Shown: positions 8,484 to 16,858, counted from the stretch's first letter. The stretch: 24,000 nt of DNA from Candidatus Acidiferrales bacterium (GCA_049514555.1 JBEKUY010000001.1:58923-82922), one strand, 5' to 3'. The notes: generated by a model not told the origin, from the sequence alone. Numbers and translations: made by a program.

Positions 8484-8485
8484 GG

Positions 8486-9763
8486 GTGACGGCCTTCATT
8501 ATAGTTTTGATCCATGCTAACCTGAACGTCGACGTGCGAACCTCTTCGCCCAAACAGAAAGAAAACAAGCTCGGGCATTACGGACTCGGCACCGACGCGC
8601 CGTGGTACCAACCGCAAACGCTTTCTAAAGCCGAGCGCAACGCCTTCAGCGAGATGGCAAGACGCTCCGCCGAGGCGAAGCGTCGCTCGCTGGAGGGCAA
8701 CTCCGTTCCCAAGCATGAGATAAATACTCCGAAGCTCGATCCGGAAACGCTCATGCCGCAGCTTCAGCGAAACGGGCTGCGGGCTCTCTCGTTGTTCAGC
8801 GGCGGGGGCGGCTTAGACTTGGGATTCGACAGGGCGGGCTTCGAGCACGTCGCATCATACGAAGTTGTGACGGATGCCGCCGCCACCTTGTCGGCGAATC
8901 GCCCGGAATGGGACGTGAGGTCTGGGGATGAAGGGGACGTGACGCGGGTGGATTGGAGGAAGATCAAGGCTGATGTAATCCACGCGGGGCCTCCTTGCCA
9001 GCCGTTCAGTTCGGCTGGGCGGCAACTCGGGCACAAGGACGAGCGCAACCTGTTCCCCGAGTTCATCCGCGCCGTACGGGGAATCAAGCCGCTAGCGTTC
9101 GCCGCCGAGAATGTCCGTGCTCTCATGAACGGTAAGTTCAGCCAATTCGTGCAGGAGCAGATCGTGCAGCCACTCTCCCGTGACTATGCGGTGTACGTCT
9201 TCGACCTGACCGCTGCCTCGTTCGGCGTCCCGCAGGTGCGGACTAGGGTATTCTTCGTGGGGTTCCGCCTCGGACTGAAGGTCGAGTATCACCAGCCGTC
9301 GCCCACCCACTACTTCGAACACCTCAAGGGTGACGAGATTCCCCCGATGGCGCAAATGATGAGGGGGGTTGAGTTCCTGCGATGCATGGGCGCACGTGAG
9401 GCGCTCGGCCTGCCGGACATCGGCTTCGACGCGCTCGCGCCCACGCTGCGCAGCGGCCTCACTGGGCCTCGCCACACCACGTCCATCCTTAGCAGCGTGT
9501 CTGCCCTGAAGCTCTGGAACAAGCTGCAAATCTGGCCTAACGGGGTGGCTGCCTCACGCGAGGCGGCGCAGCGGTTCGTGCCCGACAACGGCCATTTCCG
9601 CCTAAGCGTGCCGGACTGTGCGTTGCTTCAGGGCTTCCCTGATTCTTGGAAATTCAGCGGCGCTGTGTACAAGTCAATCGGGCAGATCGGAAATTCCGTC
9701 GCGCCGCCGATGGCGTATCAGGTCGGCTTGTCTATCTTGCGTGCGCTTTCCGCCGCGGTGTGA
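8486..9763 (+). CDS. dcm: DNA (cytosine-5) methyltransferase
   Basis: ALSLFSGGGGLDLGFDRAGF (motif I), HAGPPCQPFSSAGRQLG (motif IV), AAENVRAL (motif VI), GNSVAPPMAYQVG (motif X). The exact start is uncertain: the listed GTG is only 2 nt from the divergent vsr start. Confidence 0.95.
   Translation: MTAFIIVLIHANLNVDVRTSSPKQKENKLGHYGLGTDAPWYQPQTLSKAERNAFSEMARRSAEAKRRSLEGNSVPKHEINTPKLDPETLMPQLQRNGLRALSLFSGGGGLDLGFDRAGFEHVASYEVVTDAAATLSANRPEWDVRSGDEGDVTRVDWRKIKADVIHAGPPCQPFSSAGRQLGHKDERNLFPEFIRAVRGIKPLAFAAENVRALMNGKFSQFVQEQIVQPLSRDYAVYVFDLTAASFGVPQVRTRVFFVGFRLGLKVEYHQPSPTHYFEHLKGDEIPPMAQMMRGVEFLRCMGAREALGLPDIGFDALAPTLRSGLTGPRHTTSILSSVSALKLWNKLQIWPNGVAASREAAQRFVPDNGHFRLSVPDCALLQGFPDSWKFSGAVYKSIGQIGNSVAPPMAYQVGLSILRALSAAV
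8498..8526 (-). promoter_or_regulatory. Candidate promoter for vsr
   Basis: Minus strand TATAAT at 8503..8498 with TTCAGG at 8526..8521, spacer 17 nt, just upstream of the vsr ATG. The -35 is weak (3 of 6 matches to consensus). Confidence 0.35.
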
Positions 9764-10449
9764 GCGGCTTTCTCCAAGTCCTTTGCCTCTTCTTCCAAGG
9801 CCTTCGCCACAAGCTCCCGCAGGCGCTCCGCATGACGCTTCGTGATACGCTCCCAGCCATTGAAATAGGTTCCGGGGATGTGCGGGTTGTTCAGGGTAGA
9901 GCCGCGGGAGATAACGTAGCCGCAACGCTCCCTCAATATGTCCAGCATGCGCTCCGGAGAGTAGCCGTCCTTAAGGTCACGCCGCTCAAGGTACTGCGCG
10001 GCGCTGTATTGCCGCTTGTGGAGCAGTCTAGCGTCTTCGACACTGTACTTTTCCCTCTTCCCCAGCAAGTGATACAGCAGGTCGAGGGGGATCAGGGAAG
10101 GCACAGTTTTCGCAAGCTCGAAGTCCACCCGGATGTATTCTTCCTTTTCCCTGACCCACGGGGCCATCATTTTCGGTGATCCGTAAACGCAGTACCTCAA
10201 CGTGGTGCCATCCTTCTCGTAAAACCCAATAAGCCAATGCTTGTGTTTCCATTTAGCGACATGGTCAGGTCCGAAATCCCTGACCGTCGTGACGGAGTCG
10301 TCGGTTGAGGACTTAAGCTCAAAAGGGATTTCCACGCCCTTCCCGACCACCAGTTTCGCATCCGTGTCGGCACGCCCCGCGCCTTCGATCCGTTCCAGCT
10401 TGAACAATTTGATCAGTTGGCGTTCGCGTGCATCGTCTTGAACTACCAT
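9718..10449 (-). CDS. Putative type II restriction endonuclease (PD-(D/E)XK)
   Basis: MVVQDDARERQLIKLFKLERIEGAGRADTDAKLVVGKGVEIPFELKSSTDDSVTTVRDFGPDHVAKWKHKHWLIGFY: D...(V)EIPFELKSS catalytic motif, adjacent to a C5 MTase. ATG at 10449 chosen over the ORF-track start at 10485. Confidence 0.75.
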   Translation of the reverse strand: MVVQDDARERQLIKLFKLERIEGAGRADTDAKLVVGKGVEIPFELKSSTDDSVTTVRDFGPDHVAKWKHKHWLIGFYEKDGTTLRYCVYGSPKMMAPWVREKEEYIRVDFELAKTVPSLIPLDLLYHLLGKREKYSVEDARLLHKRQYSAAQYLERRDLKDGYSPERMLDILRERCGYVISRGSTLNNPHIPGTYFNGWERITKRHAERLRELVAKALEEEAKDLEKAAHTAAESARKIDKPT

Positions 10450-10684
10450 GGCAGCAGAGTCCCCGTCCGCGCCACAGACACACACAGCAACTTTGCAGGC
10501 ATGGTCGGTATGATATTTTCAGAGGCCTGAAAAGGCCAGAGGAAATCATGACGAGACGGGTACCAAGAAGCGGGGTCAGGTTTGATTGCTCACTGTACGG
10601 AAAACTGTGGAAGGGCGATCCAGAGCACGCCCGGCTCGTGGATATCCTTGAGGGCGTAACGAAGTCGTCCGCAAGGACTTTCGT

Positions 10685-11203
10685 TTATGGAAATCTGAGA
10701 GACCCGACAAGTAGTCCCTGTTTCCTAAGGCGTTGCACCACGCCTTCACGGTGGTCCTCTCCAACGACCACGAGCACACTTTCGGCGTCTCCAAGAATCT
10801 CCATGATCTTTGCCGCCATAGCCTCGTCCCTTTGCTCGACAAGGGGCATTTCATCAGCGTTTACACGAATGTCAGCATGTCTCAGTTGATCTGAATGTCC
10901 GTTCGCGATGTTCTTTGCGATTGTTGAGACGGGAGCATCAACAGTCCTGCCGCCCCCGAAGGCTTCGACATACTCACCGAGAGAGTCTTCTTCCCGTTTC
11001 AGCAATTCCCAAACCGCACGGTCGTCACCCGCTTCCTCGGCGACGAGGGTTATACTCCGCTCCCCGATGAGTCGTCGTAGGAGCCCCTCAAATTCGACAC
11101 GGACCTTTTTCCGGTCTTCCGCCGTATCTTGATGCCGTTGAAGTTCGTGTTGGGTGCCGATTACCAGCACCCGAGCCTGTTTGCTTGTTACGTTCTCTGC
11201 CAT
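10685..11203 (-). CDS. Hypothetical protein, possibly TraB/Tiki-like
   Basis: ARVLVIGTQHELQ...SITLVAEEAGDDR...VEQRDEAMAAKIMEILGDAESVLVVVGEDHREGVVQRLRKQGL: GTxH, EE, QRDxxMAxKI and VxGxDHxxGVxxxL motifs in TraB-like order. Family assignment is tentative. Confidence 0.5.
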   Translation of the reverse strand: MAENVTSKQARVLVIGTQHELQRHQDTAEDRKKVRVEFEGLLRRLIGERSITLVAEEAGDDRAVWELLKREEDSLGEYVEAFGGGRTVDAPVSTIAKNIANGHSDQLRHADIRVNADEMPLVEQRDEAMAAKIMEILGDAESVLVVVGEDHREGVVQRLRKQGLLVGSLRFP

Positions 11204-11439
11204 CAACTTTATCTGGAAATCGATAGATTGTAGTTCAGAACTGCTTGCGACATCTCAGGTCAAGTTGAATACCGACGAGTATTTCTCGTAAAGCTTGGTC
11301 ATCGCTGTGCAATGAGGGTTCAAATGGCCAGCGTTGCGCCCTCCCATGACCACGATAATCGAGCAGCGCCTTTCACTGTGACTTCATATGGCCTAGTCAA
11401 GGTTTAGCGTCAGAATTGGGCTCCATTGGTGTCCGGTCC

Positions 11440-13197
11440 TTAGACGCGTTCCTCTAGCTTATCTTCGAACCGCTGAATTCTTTTCTTGAAGGTTCTATTG
11501 AATTCTCGTCCACTCGCACGAAGATATGCTTCGAAGTCTGGTCCTAACCCTTTGCGCTTGAAAAATGTGGATACGTCAATTGCCTTCTCGCCCTTTCCCT
11601 TCTTGTGCCTGTAAAACGATAAAGCGGCACGGAATATCGTGTCGATGGCATCGCTCAGGTAGCCGACAGGGGAACTATGCCTTTCAGAAGCCTCACGAAA
11701 AGCATCCGCAAGTGCCCTCGACCTTATGAGCGGTGCAACACGTGACCACATAAACTGGAGCACCAGCCATGTTGCATAGGCTCGCTCCGGGTATCCCTTG
11801 GAGCGGTGACGAACTTCGTATTTGAGCCTGAAGCGATTGAGATAAAAATACGGGTCGCTTGTCGGGAATACTTTTGGATACAGGTGTTCTTCGAACAGGC
11901 CCTCTTTCCCCTCACGCACTATGGCGGGGTCGAGTTCGCAACCCGCTATGGCTTGAGCTATCTCCTCCTTGGTGACGACCCGCTGGTGCGCCCCAACAAA
12001 ACGTCGTGCCTCGCTCTTGGACTGGCGCTTGCGGAGGTAGTAGTAGTTGAACTTTCGAAGCTCTCGCTCAATTTCAATCTGGCGGCGGTCATTCGCCATC
12101 AGGTCTGAGGGACGAATGGCGTTCTGGAGGTTTGTGGCTGCGACGATACGCGAAACGAGCATGTCGAATTTTTCTGATCCTGACTTCAGGTCTCGCGGCA
12201 CCATAATAGCCTTTACCAGTACGGAAGCTGCTGAGCCGTGGGAATCGGCATCGTGTAAGGTTCGAGTGGTTTGTTGACCGTTGATGATCTGTGGATTCGA
12301 CACACGCATCACATCCCGGCCGCCGATACTTATACGCTCGGCGTGATCGCATATCATTGTTATGCCATTGTTGTAATACCAGAAATTCCAAGGTTCCGTT
12401 CTCAAGGTGTCCTGCATCCCTCGATTGACTTGCGTGGATTTTCCAAGAAAACCACGGACGTTCCTCGCAAATAGCCTAATACCTGCTGTTTCGTACATTT
12501 CAGCAACAGCGAAAGTGTTCATGGAAAAAATCCAAGCAGTGATGTTCTCGCGGGCGTCATGTCTTCGATGGCACTCGCTGGTTACGCCCTTTCCTATTTC
12601 TAAAGGGAGATCAAGGGAAGGAACGGGAGGTGCAACACCGTCCAGGAAATCACTGAGTCTGAGGAGGACCGACTTCCCGTCAAATATCTCTATATCCGCA
12701 GGACCATCGGCTCGACGGCACCTCTGCTCAGCCTCTTGGACGAGAGACCCACTGCATTTAGCGGTCGTTACAAAATACAACTTGAGTCTATAACTTCGCT
12801 TTCGCAGGCACTCTCTTGCGTAACGGAATTTCTCGTGTACTCGCGGGTCTATTTCCTTTAGAAACGCTTTGAAGTCCTGATCGCTACCGTGGAGATCGCA
12901 CGCCAACTGGGCAAACGAGATTACATCCGGTCTGGATTCGTTCCCGTTGTTGATCTTTTTGTGGTACTTCCCTTGTACCACGCATACAACTTTAGAGTGA
13001 TCGTCGGTGAGAACAGCGTCTGTTCCCTTATCACGTGAGTGGCCCGTGAGTGCGGCGGCAGCATCCTTCTCATCACCCGTGACTGTCGCATTCAGGAACC
13101 ACAGAAGAAACAGTTCATCGTCTTTCAGACGAGGGAAGCGATTGCGAACGTCTTCAAGTTGATTGTGTAAGTCCTTTTCAGTAAGAAGAACTCGCAT
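11440..13197 (-). CDS. AIPR-family protein (abortive infection phage resistance), ~585 aa
   Basis: GIRLFARNVRGFLGKSTQVNRGMQDTLRTEPWNFWYYNNGITMICD...VMRVSNPQIINGQQTTRTLHDA is the AIPR signature; the N-terminus HSRDKGTDAVLTDDHSKVVCVVQGKYHKK looks PD-(D/E)XK-like. Start moved to ATG 13197, which has a GGAGG RBS immediately upstream. Confidence 0.9.
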   Translation of the reverse strand: MRVLLTEKDLHNQLEDVRNRFPRLKDDELFLLWFLNATVTGDEKDAAAALTGHSRDKGTDAVLTDDHSKVVCVVQGKYHKKINNGNESRPDVISFAQLACDLHGSDQDFKAFLKEIDPRVHEKFRYARECLRKRSYRLKLYFVTTAKCSGSLVQEAEQRCRRADGPADIEIFDGKSVLLRLSDFLDGVAPPVPSLDLPLEIGKGVTSECHRRHDARENITAWIFSMNTFAVAEMYETAGIRLFARNVRGFLGKSTQVNRGMQDTLRTEPWNFWYYNNGITMICDHAERISIGGRDVMRVSNPQIINGQQTTRTLHDADSHGSAASVLVKAIMVPRDLKSGSEKFDMLVSRIVAATNLQNAIRPSDLMANDRRQIEIERELRKFNYYYLRKRQSKSEARRFVGAHQRVVTKEEIAQAIAGCELDPAIVREGKEGLFEEHLYPKVFPTSDPYFYLNRFRLKYEVRHRSKGYPERAYATWLVLQFMWSRVAPLIRSRALADAFREASERHSSPVGYLSDAIDTIFRAALSFYRHKKGKGEKAIDVSTFFKRKGLGPDFEAYLRASGREFNRTFKKRIQRFEDKLEERV

Positions 13198-13370
13198 CGA
13201 GCCTCCAGTGAGATTGGGGCGAGATTTTGGTTTTGCACTCAGCAATCCTCGGAGCTTCAGGCAATCCCGGCAACGGGGCATCACTACCTTTACGGCAATA
13301 TACTCCCTATGTGTGTCAAATGTTGCCCACGCAGACGCTTTGATTCTGTCCTTCGTTCTTTTTCTTTGTT

Positions 13371-13384
13371 GTGACGCCCGTCAC
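13371..13384. promoter_or_regulatory. Perfect inverted repeat, operator-like, upstream of the AIPR gene
   Basis: GTGACG-CC-CGTCAC: 6-bp perfect arms, 2-nt spacer, in the 303-bp gap between the DUF2779 and AIPR genes. Confidence 0.35.
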
Positions 13385-13500
13385 CCTAGGGGGCAAACCC
13401 CAGCAAACGAGATTGCCATAGATGGGTACGCGTGGAAGGAGACCTCTCGTAAGAGCATTGTTGTGTTTCGAAGAAAATAAAAGCATTGCGAATGCGAAAA

Positions 13501-14970
13501 TCATTCTGAGACATGCTGAAGCATTTCTACGAGCCCTACCATTGCCAGTGTGTCCTGCCCGCAGTAATCGAGCAGCGCCTTCCTTTTCCTCTGGCGCTCG
13601 GCCTCGCCGCCATTACCGTCGATAAGCGACTCCCAAGCAAGTCCGGCAGCCTGCCCGTCCGACACTTCCAATCCATCGTACGACATCTCTGGCACTAGTG
13701 CCGGGAGCACCGATTTCAGCGAATAGGAGCCACCAAACGCCGGATGGTAGACATGATTGCGGATAACTGGCAGCAAATCACAGAGCCGCTGCTGAATCTT
13801 CTTTATCCGCGGCGAGAACCTCGGCAGCCACGACGCAAGTTCGTCGAGCCGCTGCGACTCAAACTGCTGGTAGTACACAACGATGCTGCCGCGATCCCCA
13901 AGGGCATCGCACAGGGCCGACATGAACGCAGGGCGAGGGTCACTCTTGTCGCTTGCCAAGAATTCGAGATGCTCGGCCGCTGCGCCCGGTTGTCGCTGCA
14001 AGTGCACACTCCACTGAAAAGGTAGGTGGTCGTACGGTCGCATGCCAGCGAACCGTGGAATCGCGGGGTTCACTGTCTCGAAGTCCATGAAGCACAGCGG
14101 GTATTCAAGGCGTTCGAACTCCTGCTTAACCTTGGGATCGAACCACGGCCTCCCCATCTGCACGGCGGAACACGCACGACGGAGCCGGCAGGAGAGCGGG
14201 TAGTTTTCCGGAATGTCGTGGATGGATTCGATGCCGAGTTCGGTCAGCTTTGCGACCGTCTTAGCGTGAATCCTGGGGAGCCGCAAGATGTGATCTTCAG
14301 GAAGCGCAGGATTGCAGTGATCGAAGAACTCACAAGTAACAGGTTCGCTGCACTGGGGTCCGGCGGGGATTCGTGGAGCCTCGGGCATGGTAAGGACACG
14401 AAATTCAGAGCGGAGTTGCAAAGTTACGTCGGGCTGTAACTCCTCCACCTGCTTGGTCAGGTTCTTGATTTTGAAGAAACGCCACACATCGATTGGGCCA
14501 CCCTCGTAGACATACGCTCTATTCACATGGGCGAGACATGACGCCGCCAGATCGACTCCGGAGCGAGTCAGCACCCGGTGCTGGACCGCAATGTCGTCAA
14601 GATGGTGGTCTTTGACATCCGTTGTCGATTTGACCTCGATCAGCCGCCAGCGTTGGTCCGAGCGGCGGCGGAGAATATCAACCCTCACAAAAACGTCCCC
14701 GTGCTCGAATGCGCCCTCGAAGATCGCCGTGCGTTCCGAATTTTGCATAAGCTCACGAGTGGCTCGGATCGCCTGTTCTCGGTCTTTGGGCTCGACGGTT
14801 ACGCCTCCCGGAAACATCTCCCGCGCCAGACGACCGACCTCTTGCCCCTGATCGATGATCGCTTGCCCCGACTCGCTCGGCTGCGCCGCGAGTTCAGGCT
14901 CGTGGACAAGGAGATACAAACGCTTTAGGCATTGTGTCCCCGCGACGAACTTGGACTTCGTAATGAGCAT
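13501..14970 (-). CDS. DUF2779 protein: Cas4-like PD-(D/E)XK nuclease plus DEDD/RNase H-like exonuclease
   Basis: MLITKSKFVAGTQCLKRLYLLVHEPEL...FVRVDILRRRSDQRWRLIEVKSTTDVKDHHLDDIAVQHRVL...PQCSEPVTCEFFDHCNP (Cas4-like EVK and Cys cluster), then LCFMDFET...IVVYYQQFESQRL...GSYSLKSVLPALVP...LLDYCGQDTLAMVGLVEML (DEDD-like). ATG 14970 used; the 49-aa extension in the ORF track is judged spurious. Confidence 0.9.
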   Translation of the reverse strand: MLITKSKFVAGTQCLKRLYLLVHEPELAAQPSESGQAIIDQGQEVGRLAREMFPGGVTVEPKDREQAIRATRELMQNSERTAIFEGAFEHGDVFVRVDILRRRSDQRWRLIEVKSTTDVKDHHLDDIAVQHRVLTRSGVDLAASCLAHVNRAYVYEGGPIDVWRFFKIKNLTKQVEELQPDVTLQLRSEFRVLTMPEAPRIPAGPQCSEPVTCEFFDHCNPALPEDHILRLPRIHAKTVAKLTELGIESIHDIPENYPLSCRLRRACSAVQMGRPWFDPKVKQEFERLEYPLCFMDFETVNPAIPRFAGMRPYDHLPFQWSVHLQRQPGAAAEHLEFLASDKSDPRPAFMSALCDALGDRGSIVVYYQQFESQRLDELASWLPRFSPRIKKIQQRLCDLLPVIRNHVYHPAFGGSYSLKSVLPALVPEMSYDGLEVSDGQAAGLAWESLIDGNGGEAERQRKRKALLDYCGQDTLAMVGLVEMLQHVSE

Positions 14971-15073
14971 CGGCGATCTGCTCTCGAAATCTTCGCCCTG
15001 CTCCAGGTTGGTCAGCGTCGATTCCATGGCGTTTGGAGCCCAAATAGGTACTACACGAGAGCCGGGTCGAACG

Positions 15074-15382
15074 TCAGCGGATGCCCCCGGTGCTCCAGAG
15101 GATTCCGATAAGCTCACGCGGAGTCGTCCGGTTCCAGCCCTTGTCCGTGGAGGCTCGTTTCATCTCCGTGGGCAGCAGTGCCCAGGCGGTCTCGTCCCGG
15201 TACTCCAAAATCCAGTCTTGTCTGTCGTCGATCACGAACCAGCCGAGGTCTTCGTCCCGGACGGCGATCTCCAGGCCGCCGTCCGGCGCTCTTTGGACAC
15301 GGATGTTCGGCACGTAGACGCCGTTGAGCCGAATGCGAAACTCGGGTCTCGACAACATTGAAGTTCGGGCGTCCGCACTCAC
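15074..15382 (-). CDS. Hypothetical protein, 102 aa
   Basis: GTG start overlaps the upstream stop (GTGA, 15382..15379); PEFRIRLNGVYVPNIRVQRAPDGGLEIAVRDEDLGWFVIDDRQDWILEYRDETAWALLPTE is a credible compact protein. Confidence 0.6.
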   Translation of the reverse strand: MSADARTSMLSRPEFRIRLNGVYVPNIRVQRAPDGGLEIAVRDEDLGWFVIDDRQDWILEYRDETAWALLPTEMKRASTDKGWNRTTPRELIGILWSTGGIR

Positions 15383-15594
15383 TTCTTGCGGTTGAACAAT
15401 AGGCCGGGGTCGGCGGTATTCAGTGAGACCAGCTTGCCCCGCCCATCGCGAGTCGTGCCGAACTGTTGACTCGTCCTGCCGATCACGTTGTCGTGTTCGT
15501 CCCTGACCAGCGTTTCGAACGACCCCTCGAAGCCAGTGGTGAGCGATCCGATGACCCTGTTCTTGCCGTCTCGCACGTAGGTTTTCTTGAGCAT
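15379..15594 (-). CDS. Small hypothetical protein, 71 aa, with internal motif echo
   Basis: MLKKTYVRDGKNRVIGSLTTGFEGSFETLVRDEHDNVIGRTSQQFGTTRDGRGKLVSLNTADPGLLFNRKK; ATG 15594 has a GGAGG RBS. Internally repeated [V/L]VRDxxxxVIGxxxxxF. Confidence 0.65.
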   Translation of the reverse strand: MLKKTYVRDGKNRVIGSLTTGFEGSFETLVRDEHDNVIGRTSQQFGTTRDGRGKLVSLNTADPGLLFNRKK

Positions 15595-15609
15595 TCGTTG
15601 TCCTCCGCC

Positions 15610-15712
15610 TGAATTATACGTACTGTGCGCTGGAATCGTCTGTTTCCGCATAAGTAGTTCAATCTGAACGGCTTATGTCCAGACATTTCCGGAGGTTGCT
15701 CTGTATAATTCA
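15610..15712. promoter_or_regulatory. Divergent promoter region with mirrored -10 elements and a central palindrome
   Basis: TGAATTATAC (15610-15619) and GTATAATTCA (15703-15712) form a perfect 10-bp inverted repeat, each containing TATAAT oriented toward its own gene. ATGTC-CA-GACAT (15675-15686) is a perfect 5-bp-arm palindrome. Confidence 0.5.
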
Positions 15713-15725
15713 CCAGGAGAACAGA

Positions 15726-16256
15726 GTGGAGCAGTTGCCAACAGAAGAGCTTTCCGCGAGGGAACTGTTTGAGTACCAGCGCAGACTGGCTGGGTCGCCT
15801 TATCTGATTGACCGACTCGGAACGCTCTGGGTCGGGGCGCAACTGGCGGAGCGTTTGGATTTGTGCCCCGATCACGAAATCGGCGACCTGCTGTCCTTGG
15901 TGCAGGACGGGCTGTGGCTTTTCAGCCCCGACTATGCCGTGTGCGAGCACGCTCGCCGCAGGTTTCTCAGGTCTAGGGCAGGTATTCCCAAGGGGAACTG
16001 GCGGTTGATACGGGATGCAGGAATCGAACTGCTGAATGCCGAATCTGCCCTGTTCTGGTCGAGCATTCCGCACATGCTGCTGCCCTTTCAGAGGGACAGA
16101 TTCTCCAGCAACGTGTTCTTGGTGCCGCAAGTGATCGAAGCAAGGGCATGCCTGCTGCGTTCCGGATTTCGGAGTTCTCCGAGCGCTGGGACGGTCTTAG
16201 TGGACGGTCGAACGGATCGGCCAATCCGCCTCATTGAGGCAAGAGAGGAGAAATGA
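15726..16256 (+). CDS. Hypothetical protein, 176 aa, coupled to a serine recombinase
   Basis: GTG 15726 preceded by AGGAG at 15715-15719; begins VEQLPTEELSARELFEYQRRLAGSPYLIDRLGTLW. Ends in an ATGA overlap with the recombinase. Confidence 0.7.
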   Translation: MEQLPTEELSARELFEYQRRLAGSPYLIDRLGTLWVGAQLAERLDLCPDHEIGDLLSLVQDGLWLFSPDYAVCEHARRRFLRSRAGIPKGNWRLIRDAGIELLNAESALFWSSIPHMLLPFQRDRFSSNVFLVPQVIEARACLLRSGFRSSPSAGTVLVDGRTDRPIRLIEAREEK

Positions 16257-16858
16257 TGAAGAAGGTTGCGATCTACGCCAGGGTCTCGACGCCCGACCAG
16301 CATCTTGAAAATCAGATTCTCGACCTCAGGAAGCTCGCGGAGCAGAAGGGCATGGAGGTCGTCCGCGAATTCTGCGACAGGGGAATCTCCGGCAGCAAGG
16401 CGAAGCGCCCCGGTCTCGACGCCATGATGGCTGACGCCCGCCGTGGCGAGTTCTCAGTCGTGCTGGTCGCAGCGTTCGACCGGATTGCCCGCTCGACGAA
16501 GGATTTCTTGGGAATTGTCGATGAACTCCACGAACTCGATATTGAATTCATTAGTGCGAGGGAGGCCATCGACACCAGCGGTCCGATGGGGCGCATGTTC
16601 ATCACGATGGTCGGCTCGATTGCGGAGCTAGAGCGGGCATTGATCGTCGAGAGAATTCGGGCAGGGATGCGCCGCGCTAAGCTTGAAGGCCAACGACTTG
16701 GGCGTGCGCCGCTCGATGTTGATCGGGAGGCGATTGTCCGAGACCGCCTGTCGGGCATGAGCCTGACCCAAACAGCAAAGCGCCACCGGGTTTCCCGCGC
16801 TACCGTGGTACGGCTGGTAAAAGCGGCAAGCCGGCGTGAGATGACCATCGCCGCGTAG
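16253..16858 (+). CDS. Serine recombinase (resolvase/invertase family)
   Basis: KVAIYARVSTPDQHLENQILDLRKLAEQKG...DRGISGSKAKRPGLDAMMADARRGEFSVVLVAAFDRIARS...ERIRAGMRRAKLEGQRLGRAP plus a C-terminal HTH (MSLTQTAKRHRVSRATVVRLV). Confidence 0.97.
   Translation: MMKKVAIYARVSTPDQHLENQILDLRKLAEQKGMEVVREFCDRGISGSKAKRPGLDAMMADARRGEFSVVLVAAFDRIARSTKDFLGIVDELHELDIEFISAREAIDTSGPMGRMFITMVGSIAELERALIVERIRAGMRRAKLEGQRLGRAPLDVDREAIVRDRLSGMSLTQTAKRHRVSRATVVRLVKAASRREMTIAA

Noticed and set aside
13744-14928. Plus-strand ORFs 13744..14025, 14026..14439 and 14578..14928
   Set aside because: Shadow ORFs antisense to the well-supported DUF2779 gene in GC-rich DNA.
16312-16848. 178-aa minus-strand ORF
   Set aside because: Antisense of the serine recombinase; Ser/Arg-rich artefactual composition.
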